Source of the DNA: an uncultured Peptostreptococcaceae bacterium
GTDB lineage: Bacteria > Bacillota > Clostridia > Peptostreptococcales > Anaerovoracaceae
Reading direction: 5' to 3'
DNA length: 64,000 nt
Assembly: GCA_910588185.1 (NCBI GenBank)
Contig: CAJUQR010000004.1
Location: 146,248-210,247, forward strand
Part shown: one piece after another, positions 1 through 7,333 of the stretch
How the letters are laid out: each line of letters opens with the position of its first letter
How positions within the stretch are numbered: position 1 is the stretch's first letter
The notes under the pieces: generated by a model
The model's database searches: none
Told to the model about the DNA's origin: nothing
Seen by the model: only the letters and a program-made list of their open reading frames with translations
Made by a program: the position numbers and the translations under genes

Positions 1-876
1 GAGAAGCTTTCTAAAATGGGAATTAAACTTTCTTCTGCAAATTCCATAAATATAGGAAGATTGGTGCCACAGGTGGCATATTATGTGTACAGCTATGTTA
101 GCCTAGTGGAAAAAGGTGTCTTAAATGACGGCGATGCTATGAACGTCGTAGTTCCTACAGGAAATTTCGGAAATATACTGGCTGCTTATATGGCAGGAAA
201 GATGGGAATTAACATAGGTAAGCTGATATGTGCTTCAAATGAAAATAAAGTTCTTACGGATTTTTTAAACACAGGTGTTTACGACGCTCGCAGAGATTTT
301 CATTTGACCAATTCTCCGTCTATGGATATATTGATTTCCAGTAATCTTGAAAGACTTCTTTATTTATTAAGTGATAGAGACGGCGGGGCTGTATCAGAGT
401 GGATGCAGCAGCTTGACAGTCAAAAAGTCTATGAAGTTTCAGAAAAGGTGAAAGATGGGCTCAAAGATTTCTATGGCGGATTTTGTACTGAAAGTGAGAC
501 TTTGGATGCTATCGGCAAGATGTGGAAGCAAGAAGGATATCTGATGGATACCCATACGGCGGTAGCGTATAAAGTATATGAAGATTACTTGGCAGCTACA
601 GGTGATGATACACCTACAGTTATAGCTTCAACAGCCAGCGCATATAAATTTGCAGAGAGTGTTGCAAGTGCATTAGGACTTGATGAAAATAAAGTACGTG
701 TATTGTCAGGTGTTTCAGATGGTGTGACAGGCTTCGATTACGTAAAAGCGCTGGAAAAAGAAACTTCTGTAAGAGTGCCTTCAGGTCTTAAAAATTTGGA
801 GGAAAAGCCGGTTCTTCATAAAGGCGTTTGTACTAAAGAAAACATGAGTGATGTGGTACTGGAGGCATTAAAATAA
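1..876 (+). CDS. thrC: Threonine synthase, C-terminal portion (5' end lies upstream of the window)
   Basis: The frame is open from base 1, so the listed ATG at 16 is internal. The translation has the PLP-enzyme loop PTGNFGNILAAY and a threonine synthase C-terminal layout. Confidence 0.8.
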   Translation, partial: EKLSKMGIKLSSANSINIGRLVPQVAYYVYSYVSLVEKGVLNDGDAMNVVVPTGNFGNILAAYMAGKMGINIGKLICASNENKVLTDFLNTGVYDARRDFHLTNSPSMDILISSNLERLLYLLSDRDGGAVSEWMQQLDSQKVYEVSEKVKDGLKDFYGGFCTESETLDAIGKMWKQEGYLMDTHTAVAYKVYEDYLAATGDDTPTVIASTASAYKFAESVASALGLDENKVRVLSGVSDGVTGFDYVKALEKETSVRVPSGLKNLEEKPVLHKGVCTKENMSDVVLEALK

Positions 877-1494
877 ATGTCAAGAAAGATAGAATGTGCA
901 GGCAAGAGTACGGCTTTTGCCTGCGAAGTTCTTCCGGAAAGCTATGAGCTTTATGATAGATTAGATTTGGCTAGAGATCGTAAAGCTATAAAGTTGATTG
1001 TCATATGGACACTTTTAATTATAGCAGGTATGGTTGTGCCTATGCTGTTTGTTCATCCTGTATCACATGCTTTTGATATGCCTGCAAGCAAGCTATTGTT
1101 TTGTGTAGTTGCCATGATTGTGGGAATCATTGTTTATACATTGCTTCACGAGGGCGTTCATGGAATGTTCATAAAGCTGTTTACAGGTGAAAATCCCACT
1201 TTCGGAATGGAAATCAAAAAAGGCATGGCTTATGCGGGAAGCAGATGGCTTTTCAAAAAAGTGCCTTATATAATAGTAGCGTTAGCTCCTTTAACAATAT
1301 GGGGAATTGTGCTGGCATTGTTTTTAAAAGATGTAGATGAGAGTTACTTTTGGTTTTTATACGCAGTACAGATTTTTAATGTAACAGGTTCAGCCGGAGA
1401 TATATATGTATCTTGTATGATTGCCGGAATGCCAAAGGAAGTATTGGTGTGTGATTCGGGCATTGCTATGGATTTTTACAGGCCAGTGAAATAA
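877..1494 (+). CDS. DUF3267-like polytopic membrane protein with HExxH motif (putative zincin)
   Basis: ATG directly follows the thrC stop. There are several hydrophobic segments and the motif LHEGVHG. Confidence 0.6.
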   Translation: MSRKIECAGKSTAFACEVLPESYELYDRLDLARDRKAIKLIVIWTLLIIAGMVVPMLFVHPVSHAFDMPASKLLFCVVAMIVGIIVYTLLHEGVHGMFIKLFTGENPTFGMEIKKGMAYAGSRWLFKKVPYIIVALAPLTIWGIVLALFLKDVDESYFWFLYAVQIFNVTGSAGDIYVSCMIAGMPKEVLVCDSGIAMDFYRPVK

Positions 1495-1536
1495 ATTTTG
1501 TCATAGTTTTGCTTTTAATGATTTGGTCAAAATAGC

Positions 1537-1565
1537 TTGCCAAAAGTGAGCTTTTGTGGTAAATT
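1537..1565 (+). promoter_or_regulatory. Candidate sigma-A promoter for tRNA-Ser
   Basis: TTGCCA-N17-TAAATT with TGg extended -10, about 35 nt upstream of the tRNA 5' end. Confidence 0.35.
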
Positions 1566-1598
1566 AATTAAGGTATCAGATTAAGATATATAAGATTT

Positions 1599-1686
1599 GG
1601 AGGATTGACCGAGTGGCTAAGGAGCTTGATTGGAAATCAAGTAAGGTGTAACAGCCCCGTGGGTTCGAGTCCCATGTCCTCCGCCA
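1599..1686 (+). tRNA. tRNA-Ser (anticodon GGA), CCA encoded
   Basis: 88-nt cloverleaf with acceptor GGAGGAT/GTCCTCC. The anticodon stem CTTGA/TCAAG carries loop TTGGAAA. It has a long variable arm, a T-arm GGGTTCGAGTCCC and a terminal GCCA. Confidence 0.9.
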
Positions 1687-1689
1687 TAA
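1675..1689 (+). repeat. att-like core, copy 1 (native tRNA-Ser 3' end, TGTCCTCCGCCATAA)
   Basis: The same 12-15 nt recur at 1867-1878 and 2642-2656. Confidence 0.7.
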
Positions 1690-1695
1690 CAAAAA

Positions 1696-1722
1696 AGACA
1701 GGCAACTGGCCTGTCTTTTTTG
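1696..1722 (+). terminator. Rho-independent terminator after tRNA-Ser
   Basis: 8-bp stem AGACAGGC/GCCTGTCT with a 5-nt loop and a T-run. An A-run precedes it, so it may work in both directions. Confidence 0.8.
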
Positions 1723-1737
1723 TTATTTTAGAAAATT

Positions 1738-1777
1738 TGGGACGAGAACCCACGGAGTGGGTGAGGAAGTCGCATGC
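1738..1777 (+). repeat. 40-nt box, copy 1 (TGGGACGAGAACCCACGGAGTGGGTGAGGAAGTCGCATGC)
   Basis: 37/40 identical to 2706-2745. Both copies lie about 50 nt downstream of a tRNA-3'-end copy plus terminator. Confidence 0.7.
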
Positions 1778-1859
1778 CTGATTTACCCGGCTTTAGCCGG
1801 AATGCAAATCAGGACAGCGAAGCGAGACGGAAGGCGAGCGGAGGAGCAAGCGCAAAGCG

Positions 1860-1878
1860 TGAGCGTTGTCCTCCGCCA
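1860..1878 (+). repeat. att-like copy 2 (TGAGCGTTGTCCTCCGCCA)
   Basis: 19 nt identical to 2635-2653. The last 12 nt equal the tRNA-Ser 3' end. Confidence 0.7.
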
Positions 1879-1883
1879 AATTT

Positions 1884-1919
1884 AACGGAAGTGATTTTTC
1901 ACTTCCGTTTTGCTTTTTT
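1884..1919 (+). terminator. Rho-independent terminator
   Basis: 11-bp stem AACGGAAGTGA/TCACTTCCGTT with a 4-nt loop, followed by TTTGCTTTTTT. Confidence 0.7.
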
Positions 1920-2032
1920 GTTGAAATTTCAGTTACGATAAAACTCATCTTCTCGTGTTTACCATTTAGTAAACCTTTTAATTTTTGAAAGCACCCACTC
2001 GACATGCTCATACTTTTAGTCGAATTATGATG

Positions 2033-2329
2033 TTATAAAAGAAATGCATCATAATATTTAATCAGCATTTCCTCCGTGGTCTGATACTGATTGTTCCCGA
2101 GGAAATAATCTTCCAATTCCTCAATGCAGGATTCTATTTCCCCTATTCTATATTTATTCTTGGGATCCTGCTTCATAATGTCAAGAAACTCAACGGCTTT
2201 CTTGCAAAAGGCGGCCTCACGCTGCTTATTTCCACGTTTTTTCCACTGAAGTGCGCGGTGAACTTCGCTTCCGACATTGGAAATTTGAACGCCAATTGGC
2301 ATATCAAACCAATTTACAGTTGTATCCAT
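2033..2329 (-). CDS. Hypothetical 98-aa protein (island gene)
   Basis: ATG is preceded by GGAGG at 10-nt spacing. I recognise no family. Confidence 0.5.
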   Translation of the reverse strand: MDTTVNWFDMPIGVQISNVGSEVHRALQWKKRGNKQREAAFCKKAVEFLDIMKQDPKNKYRIGEIESCIEELEDYFLGNNQYQTTEEMLIKYYDAFLL

Positions 2330-2634
2330 TTTTTTACAACCTCCTCGATTTTTTCTCTTGCTGCGGGATCTGCAACATACCTTCCCACTCTAGGATATCC
2401 TGCTATAATTCGATGAACGTTTTCTTACAGTAACACTGCAATATTATCGTGCGTTTAATGTTCTCTCAAACGCCAAAATCTTTGATTTTGCCAGCGTCGT
2501 GAGGTTATTATACCACAATTCGGACTTTATGATAACTTTTTTCCATGGCATTTTCAGGAGGAATAATATAATTACAGCGTTCTCCCTGTGCAATGATTAC
2601 ACTTTTCGGCGGTGTGGCTACAACCACTTTTCTA

Positions 2635-2656
2635 TGAGCGTTGTCCTCCGCCATAA
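2635..2656 (+). repeat. att-like copy 3 (TGAGCGTTGTCCTCCGCCATAA)
   Basis: It shares 15 nt with the tRNA-Ser 3' end and flank, and 19 nt with copy 2. Confidence 0.7.
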
Positions 2657-2693
2657 AATAAAACACGCCTTAGGGTGTGTTTTTTATTTTTAA
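2655..2693 (+). repeat. Direct repeat DR-A containing a terminator hairpin (AACACGCC-ttag-GGTGTGTT + T-run)
   Basis: About 40 nt nearly identical to 4239-4278, with 3 substitutions and 1 indel by eye. Confidence 0.7.
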
Positions 2694-2705
2694 AATGTGA
2701 TAGAA

Positions 2706-2745
2706 TGGGACGAGAAACCACAGACTGGGTGAGGAAGTCGCATGC
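2706..2745 (+). repeat. 40-nt box, copy 2
   Basis: 37/40 identical to 1738-1777. Confidence 0.7.
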
Positions 2746-2789
2746 ACATTTTATGTAGATTTTAGATATGGCAACTTTGCGGTGCTTTT

Positions 2790-3239
2790 ATGGAGGTGAC
2801 TATGAACGAATTAAATTTTCTTTTTTTAGAGGAATTTAAAAATTTAGAAAAAATATGTGGGGAGATTTATGAAGTCTCAACTGGAGGCGTTACAGAATAT
2901 ATTAACGATATGAAAAATGTTTCAATAAGGGAATACAAAGATATACCAAATTGGAAAGAAGATTTAAACGACTTAAAGAGAGTTCGTCATATTAGGAACC
3001 GGTTAGCACATGAACAAGGAGCGTTTGATGAAATTACATGTAAGCAAGATGATATAGATTGGATTAAGATGTTTCATGATCGGCTTTCAAGACAATCTGA
3101 TCCTATGGCTATGTTAAATAAAAAGAAAAGTTCAGAAGAAAGGGTTGATTTTTCATGGAAGAAAGTTGTACTTGCTGTGGTATTATTTGCAGTATTAACT
3201 GTGATTGGAAATATGATTATTGCATATAGTTTAAGTTGA
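2790..3239 (+). CDS. Membrane-anchored protein with HEPN-type Rx4H motif
   Basis: The motif VRHIRNRLAHEQG (R-x4-H, as in DUF86/HepT-type HEPN domains) lies in a soluble N-terminal domain. There is a single C-terminal TM helix, VVLAVVLFAVLTVIGNMIIAY. An alternative start at 2802 lies 5 nt after GGAGG. Confidence 0.6.
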   Translation: MEVTMNELNFLFLEEFKNLEKICGEIYEVSTGGVTEYINDMKNVSIREYKDIPNWKEDLNDLKRVRHIRNRLAHEQGAFDEITCKQDDIDWIKMFHDRLSRQSDPMAMLNKKKSSEERVDFSWKKVVLAVVLFAVLTVIGNMIIAYSLS

Positions 3240-3338
3240 GTACATGTAAAATAGTCGTACATAATCATATAAACCAAGAAATTTGTATGATATAGTCATC
3301 TTTATAACAATTATTATTTTTATGTAAAGAGTGAAGAA

Positions 3339-4217
3339 ATGAACAAAAAAGATTACCTATTGTCTGCATTTAATAATTTAAATACGATATACGAAATTGG
3401 GAAAAAGATTACGCCGATAAGTCAGCCATATACAAAAAAGGCTGGGGCGCTTAGAACGTTGCAATTGGAAAATATGGTCGAGAAAGTTTTATTGCATGAT
3501 AAGTCAATGATTCATTGCTTTCAAATAGTAAATGAAAATTTGAATGAATTAGATACGTCTATTATAGCAAGTGCTGCCAGAAACATTATGGAAATATCCA
3601 ATATATATTTTCATATTAGCGAGAGAAAAATTGGTGAAGACGAAATTCAATTGCGTTATGACACAATGTATTTAAATGCAATGATAAATTTACAGGATAT
3701 ATATAAAAAATTAGATTTTTCAAGCGAATGTTTCCATGCGCGCATAGAGAAGGATAGTTTGATTTCAACAAGAGAAGAAGTAAAGCATAATCATGCATTT
3801 CAGCAAAAAGAAAAAATTGTGCAGGATCAAATTTTATCAGGCAGGAAAATTATCGTTAAAGCAAATCCGCATAATATCCTGGAGAAATCTATGGAGTCAG
3901 CTATTTATAACCTGCTGTCTAACAGTGTACATAGCCTATTTATCGGATTAGGAAGTAATTCTTTAAATAATAATTTTTTTTACAGCAATTTTTTTACTGC
4001 TACTCGTTTACTGACTATATCGTTGCAAGTAGCCGTTATTTATACTGCTTATATTATTAAAGATTATTTAGAATTAAGAAAGCAGCTATATAAGGAACTT
4101 AATGATGAAGAAAAATCTATAATAAAAAATTTAAAATCTGATGTTGATTTAAAACTATTTTTGAATGATTTAAAAAAAGAATTTGAGAATTCTTTTTTTG
4201 ACAATCCTTTAGGATAA
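3339..4217 (+). CDS. Hypothetical 292-aa protein, very AT-rich
   Basis: Long ORF in the same orientation as the HEPN-motif gene. Predicted helical, with no recognisable motif. Confidence 0.55.
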   Translation: MNKKDYLLSAFNNLNTIYEIGKKITPISQPYTKKAGALRTLQLENMVEKVLLHDKSMIHCFQIVNENLNELDTSIIASAARNIMEISNIYFHISERKIGEDEIQLRYDTMYLNAMINLQDIYKKLDFSSECFHARIEKDSLISTREEVKHNHAFQQKEKIVQDQILSGRKIIVKANPHNILEKSMESAIYNLLSNSVHSLFIGLGSNSLNNNFFYSNFFTATRLLTISLQVAVIYTAYIIKDYLELRKQLYKELNDEEKSIIKNLKSDVDLKLFLNDLKKEFENSFFDNPLG

Positions 4218-4238
4218 GTTGGAATTTTGATTTGTCAG

Positions 4239-4278
4239 AAAATAAAAACACGCCATAGGGTGTGTTTTTTCTTTTTAA
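4239..4278 (+). repeat. Direct repeat DR-B containing a terminator hairpin (AACACGCC-atag-GGTGTGTT + T-run)
   Basis: Near-identical to 2655-2693. It also serves as the terminator for the 3339-4217 gene. Confidence 0.7.
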
Positions 4279-4316
4279 GATATAAAAAATCTAAATGATA
4301 AAAGGAGTAAGGAAAA

Positions 4317-5189
4317 ATGAACAATAAACAGGGAAATGTACATATTATCAGCGAAGATATGATTTTTGCTTATGAAAAATGGATGATTGAAGAAGAAAAA
4401 AGTCCAAATACGCAGTATAAATATTTGCAGGATATAAAAACATTTATGTTTTTTCTATCAGGCAGAGATATAGAACAACAAGTTGTTTCTAAAAGGACAG
4501 TTATAGAATACAAAGAATATTTACAAAAAAGATATGTAGTAAGTAGTATAAATTCTATGTTAGTAGCGCTTAATAGTTTTTTGAAATATGTAGGTTGGAA
4601 TGAGTGCTGTGTAAAATTAATTAAATGTCAGCGAAAAATGTTTCGAGAGGAAAGGCGAGAACTGAGCAAAAAAGAGTATCTTCGTTTAGTATCTGTAGCT
4701 AAAAAAAATCATAAAAAACGTTTGAGTTTAGTGATGGAGACCATTTGCTCTACTGGTATAAGAGTATCAGAACTTAAGTATGTAACAGCTGAGGCAGCAA
4801 AACAGGGATGGGCTGAAATTACCTGTAAAGGAAAACAACGCAGTATATTTCTTCCCAAAGATTTATGTCTAAAATTAGTAAGGTATGCAAAACAAAATAA
4901 TATTGCGTCGGGATGTATTTTTCAAACAAAGACAGGACGTCCTTTAGATCGTTCAAATATTTGGCATGATATGAAAGCATTATGCCAGGAAGCAGGTATA
5001 GAAAAAACAAAAGTTTTTCCACATAATCTGAGGCATCTTTTTGCAAAGACATTTTATGAAATAGAAAAAGACATTGTACGTTTATCAGACATTCTTGGGC
5101 ACAGTAATATTAATACCACTCGTATTTATATAATTTTCAGCCAGGCAGAGCATTCACGTAAGATGGATTCTCTTGGTCTGATTATTTGA
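4317..5189 (+). CDS. Small tyrosine site-specific recombinase (XerC/D-like, 290 aa)
   Basis: Catalytic signature TGIRVSEL (Arg), HNLRHLF (HxxR) and LGHSNINTTRIY (His plus Tyr nucleophile). An N-terminal SAM-like domain is present. RBS is AAGGAG. Confidence 0.85.
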   Translation: MNNKQGNVHIISEDMIFAYEKWMIEEEKSPNTQYKYLQDIKTFMFFLSGRDIEQQVVSKRTVIEYKEYLQKRYVVSSINSMLVALNSFLKYVGWNECCVKLIKCQRKMFREERRELSKKEYLRLVSVAKKNHKKRLSLVMETICSTGIRVSELKYVTAEAAKQGWAEITCKGKQRSIFLPKDLCLKLVRYAKQNNIASGCIFQTKTGRPLDRSNIWHDMKALCQEAGIEKTKVFPHNLRHLFAKTFYEIEKDIVRLSDILGHSNINTTRIYIIFSQAEHSRKMDSLGLII

Positions 5190-5197
5190 ATAAAAAA

Positions 5198-5225
5198 TAC
5201 AACATAATCTACATTATGTTGTATT
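5198..5225. repeat. Recombinase-type site L: 12-bp palindromic arms around an asymmetric core (ATACAACATAAT-CTAC-ATTATGTTGTAT)
   Basis: Read directly from the sequence. It starts 9 bp after the recombinase stop. Confidence 0.8.
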
Positions 5226-5255
5226 AATAAAATTATATTTAACAAATCTTGTATA

Positions 5256-5284
5256 TTTTATAATAAAAACAGTGAAAAAATCAA
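5256..5284 (-). promoter_or_regulatory. Sigma-A-like promoter inside the invertible segment, currently facing away from the surface-protein gene
   Basis: TTGATT-N17-TAAAAT on the minus strand. The context is AT-rich, so a chance match is possible. Confidence 0.3.
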
Positions 5285-5336
5285 TATTATTTGTAAAAAA
5301 TTTTTAAAATTTTACATTTTTTTGTACTAAAAATAA

Positions 5337-5372
5337 GCCGACACTACCTGCTTTCCTAGCTCGGCCTTTTTT
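5337..5372 (+). terminator. Terminator-like hairpin inside the invertible segment
   Basis: GCCGA..CTA / TAG.TCGGC stem followed by CTTTTTT. The stem is weak and the loop large. Confidence 0.3.
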
Positions 5373-5446
5373 GCATGTATTTTTTTAAAAAAATTTGTTC
5401 TTTTATAACGATTAGGAAATCAGTTTTAGCATAAAAGAAATTTTCA

Positions 5447-5474
5447 CTACAACATAATGTAGATTATGTTATAT
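5447..5474. repeat. Recombinase-type site R (CTACAACATAAT-GTAG-ATTATGTTATAT)
   Basis: Reverse complement of site L with 2 mismatches. It ends 26 nt before the TTG start of the surface-protein gene. Confidence 0.8.
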
Positions 5475-5500
5475 GTAAAGAAAGAGAGGATGTTATTATT

Positions 5501-7039
5501 TTGAATGTAACAAAAAAATTTAGAGATAATCGATTTATATTTGTTTTTATATGCATTTTAATTTGTATTGGGATGATTCCAACATCGGCGATGGCGTTAA
5601 CAGATGACGATATAGATGAGAGCGCGTCATCTCAGTTTGTAACAGTAGAGCAACTAAAGCTTTTTAACACTAATGATGAAACCGGTCAAAATTCGGCAAA
5701 GGTTTATTTTGGAAACAATAATCAGAAGTGGTGGATTGTAGGAAGTGAGGATGACAATCTTGTTCTGTTTGCAGCAGGTGGAATCTCAAGAGGCACATTT
5801 GCAAGATATAGTCCTAGAAAACAATATGACAGCGCTTGGAATTGTGAGTATGAAACTGTGCCTGTGGATGTTTATGGTAATCATTATGGTGGAAGTATAT
5901 TGAGAAAGACTTTGCAAGAACTGGAAACATCTTATTTTACCGGTGCGGAGCAAAAACTTATGAATGATACGACGGTATATACTCATGATCTAAAAAATAA
6001 TAGCGTTTATTCGACCACAGATAAGTTGTACATTCCTTATGGAAAGATAGCTGAAGGATATGATAATAAGTACGATTATATAACGGTCGGCGCAAACAGT
6101 TCAGAAAATTTAGATGAGGGGCTGCGTATATATAGTGCTTATTGGCAGGCTTTGCAGCCAATGCAGAAATTTTGGCTTCGTGAACCATATGACAACGGTA
6201 GGCAAGCTTATTATGATATATTGGTTGCGTTTAAAAAGGAAAATGATCCTTCAAATACGGACTATATTGCAAGCGACAGTAACATATCTATAAATCCGGC
6301 TTTTGAGCTGAAAACATCTTCTATATCTTTTGCATCCTCTGCACCGGCGGTATCATCAGATGGTAAGCTTGCGATGAATGATGCAATGACATTGCGATAT
6401 ACCGCTGACAATCTTGGTTTTGCGGAGGTGTCGCCTGACAAAACAAAGGTTTATTTGAAAAATGTTCCTAAAGGAACCTATTTGGTCGTACAAAACGGTG
6501 AAGGCGCATGGGCAAAAGTAATTACGAACGAAATTTCTGTTTCCGCTGGTGATATGGGAATAGATACTTTTGACAAATGTGAGGTATGGCTGGAAACAAC
6601 TGATGACGCTGAAAGAATGACATATGCGGCAATGGCAACATATAAAGATGAATATATCGTTTCATATGTATTTAAAAATAAATCTGATGAAACGATGTTG
6701 CCGAAGGAAGTAAATAAGCTGCTTCCGGATGAAAAGAGATATAAACCTGGTACAAATGTGAAAGCAGAGATGTTGGCTGTCACAGAAGTAAAAGTAAGTA
6801 ATGGAGTATGGAAGTTTTTAGGGTGGAATAAGGAAAGCGTAGATAATATAGCAGAGGATATAGCTTTTACAGGCGAATGGGAATTTAACCCTGATACAGA
6901 ACCAGGCCGTGATACATCTGTGAATGTTGCTGAAAATGATATACCAAAAACAGGTGATCAAACAAATATCGGTATTTACTTGTTGATAATAATGTTAAGC
7001 GGATTTTTTTCAGCACTTGGTGTGGCAATAAAAAAATAA
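5501..7039 (+). CDS. Sortase-anchored cell-surface protein (DUF6273-like N-terminal region, SHIRT-like C-terminal repeat, IPKTG sorting signal)
   Basis: TTG start lies 10 nt after AGAGAGGA. A signal peptide is present. The C-terminus is IPKTGD, then a hydrophobic stretch, then KK. The SHIRT-type pattern reads LPKEVNKLLP...GVWKFLGW...FTGEWEF. Confidence 0.8.
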   Translation: MNVTKKFRDNRFIFVFICILICIGMIPTSAMALTDDDIDESASSQFVTVEQLKLFNTNDETGQNSAKVYFGNNNQKWWIVGSEDDNLVLFAAGGISRGTFARYSPRKQYDSAWNCEYETVPVDVYGNHYGGSILRKTLQELETSYFTGAEQKLMNDTTVYTHDLKNNSVYSTTDKLYIPYGKIAEGYDNKYDYITVGANSSENLDEGLRIYSAYWQALQPMQKFWLREPYDNGRQAYYDILVAFKKENDPSNTDYIASDSNISINPAFELKTSSISFASSAPAVSSDGKLAMNDAMTLRYTADNLGFAEVSPDKTKVYLKNVPKGTYLVVQNGEGAWAKVITNEISVSAGDMGIDTFDKCEVWLETTDDAERMTYAAMATYKDEYIVSYVFKNKSDETMLPKEVNKLLPDEKRYKPGTNVKAEMLAVTEVKVSNGVWKFLGWNKESVDNIAEDIAFTGEWEFNPDTEPGRDTSVNVAENDIPKTGDQTNIGIYLLIIMLSGFFSALGVAIKK

Positions 7040-7189
7040 ATTATTGGAAATAAAGATGAAACTCTATTTCCTGTGTTGACAAAAATATTGATTTCATATG
7101 TTTTTTTACAACATTTTGATAGTTTTGTTGACTTTTTGACATTGTTTTTCTCATCTTCGTCAATTTATATGATTGATGTAATAAATTTT

Positions 7190-7295
7190 GGTACAATCTT
7201 GCCTCTTTTGTTGTAAAAATCGTCAGAAATTTAAGATTTTGGCAACATAGCTATTTTGATACAGCAGAAAGAGGTGATTGTACCATATTTTTTTA
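7190..7295 (+). terminator. Long-range inverted repeat with T-tail (possible terminator or structured element)
   Basis: GGTACAATC-ttg-CCTCTTT (7190-7208) pairs with AAAGAGG-t-GATTGTACC (7268-7284). The loop is about 59 nt and is followed by ATATTTTTTTA. Confidence 0.3.
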
Positions 7296-7333
7296 CTTTT
7301 AAAGTATAGACTAAACCGTAGTGCTTTCTTATA

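Larger units (their letters stand above)
5198..5474. mobile_element. Candidate invertible DNA segment (phase-variation switch), 277 bp
   Basis: Bounded by sites L and R, which are 26/28 reverse complements. Their asymmetric cores are in opposite orientation (CTAC versus GTAG). Confidence 0.6.

Noticed and set aside
1793-2011. A 72-aa minus-strand ORF.
   Set aside because: It runs through a strong terminator hairpin and the att-like tRNA 3' end copy. Its composition is low-complexity (RLLLRSPSVSLR) and it has no RBS.
2251-2693. Plus-strand ORFs at 2251-2433 and 2499-2693.
   Set aside because: They are antisense to or overlap the 98-aa gene and the att and terminator repeats, and have no RBS. 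The region looks like decayed sequence.
4317-5189. Reading the 290-aa recombinase as the integrase that inserted the tRNA-Ser island.
   Set aside because: This remains possible. However, the protein lacks a long arm-binding N-terminal domain and sits 9 bp from inverted lox-like sites. An invertase role fits the local sequence better, so I kept it as the alternative only.
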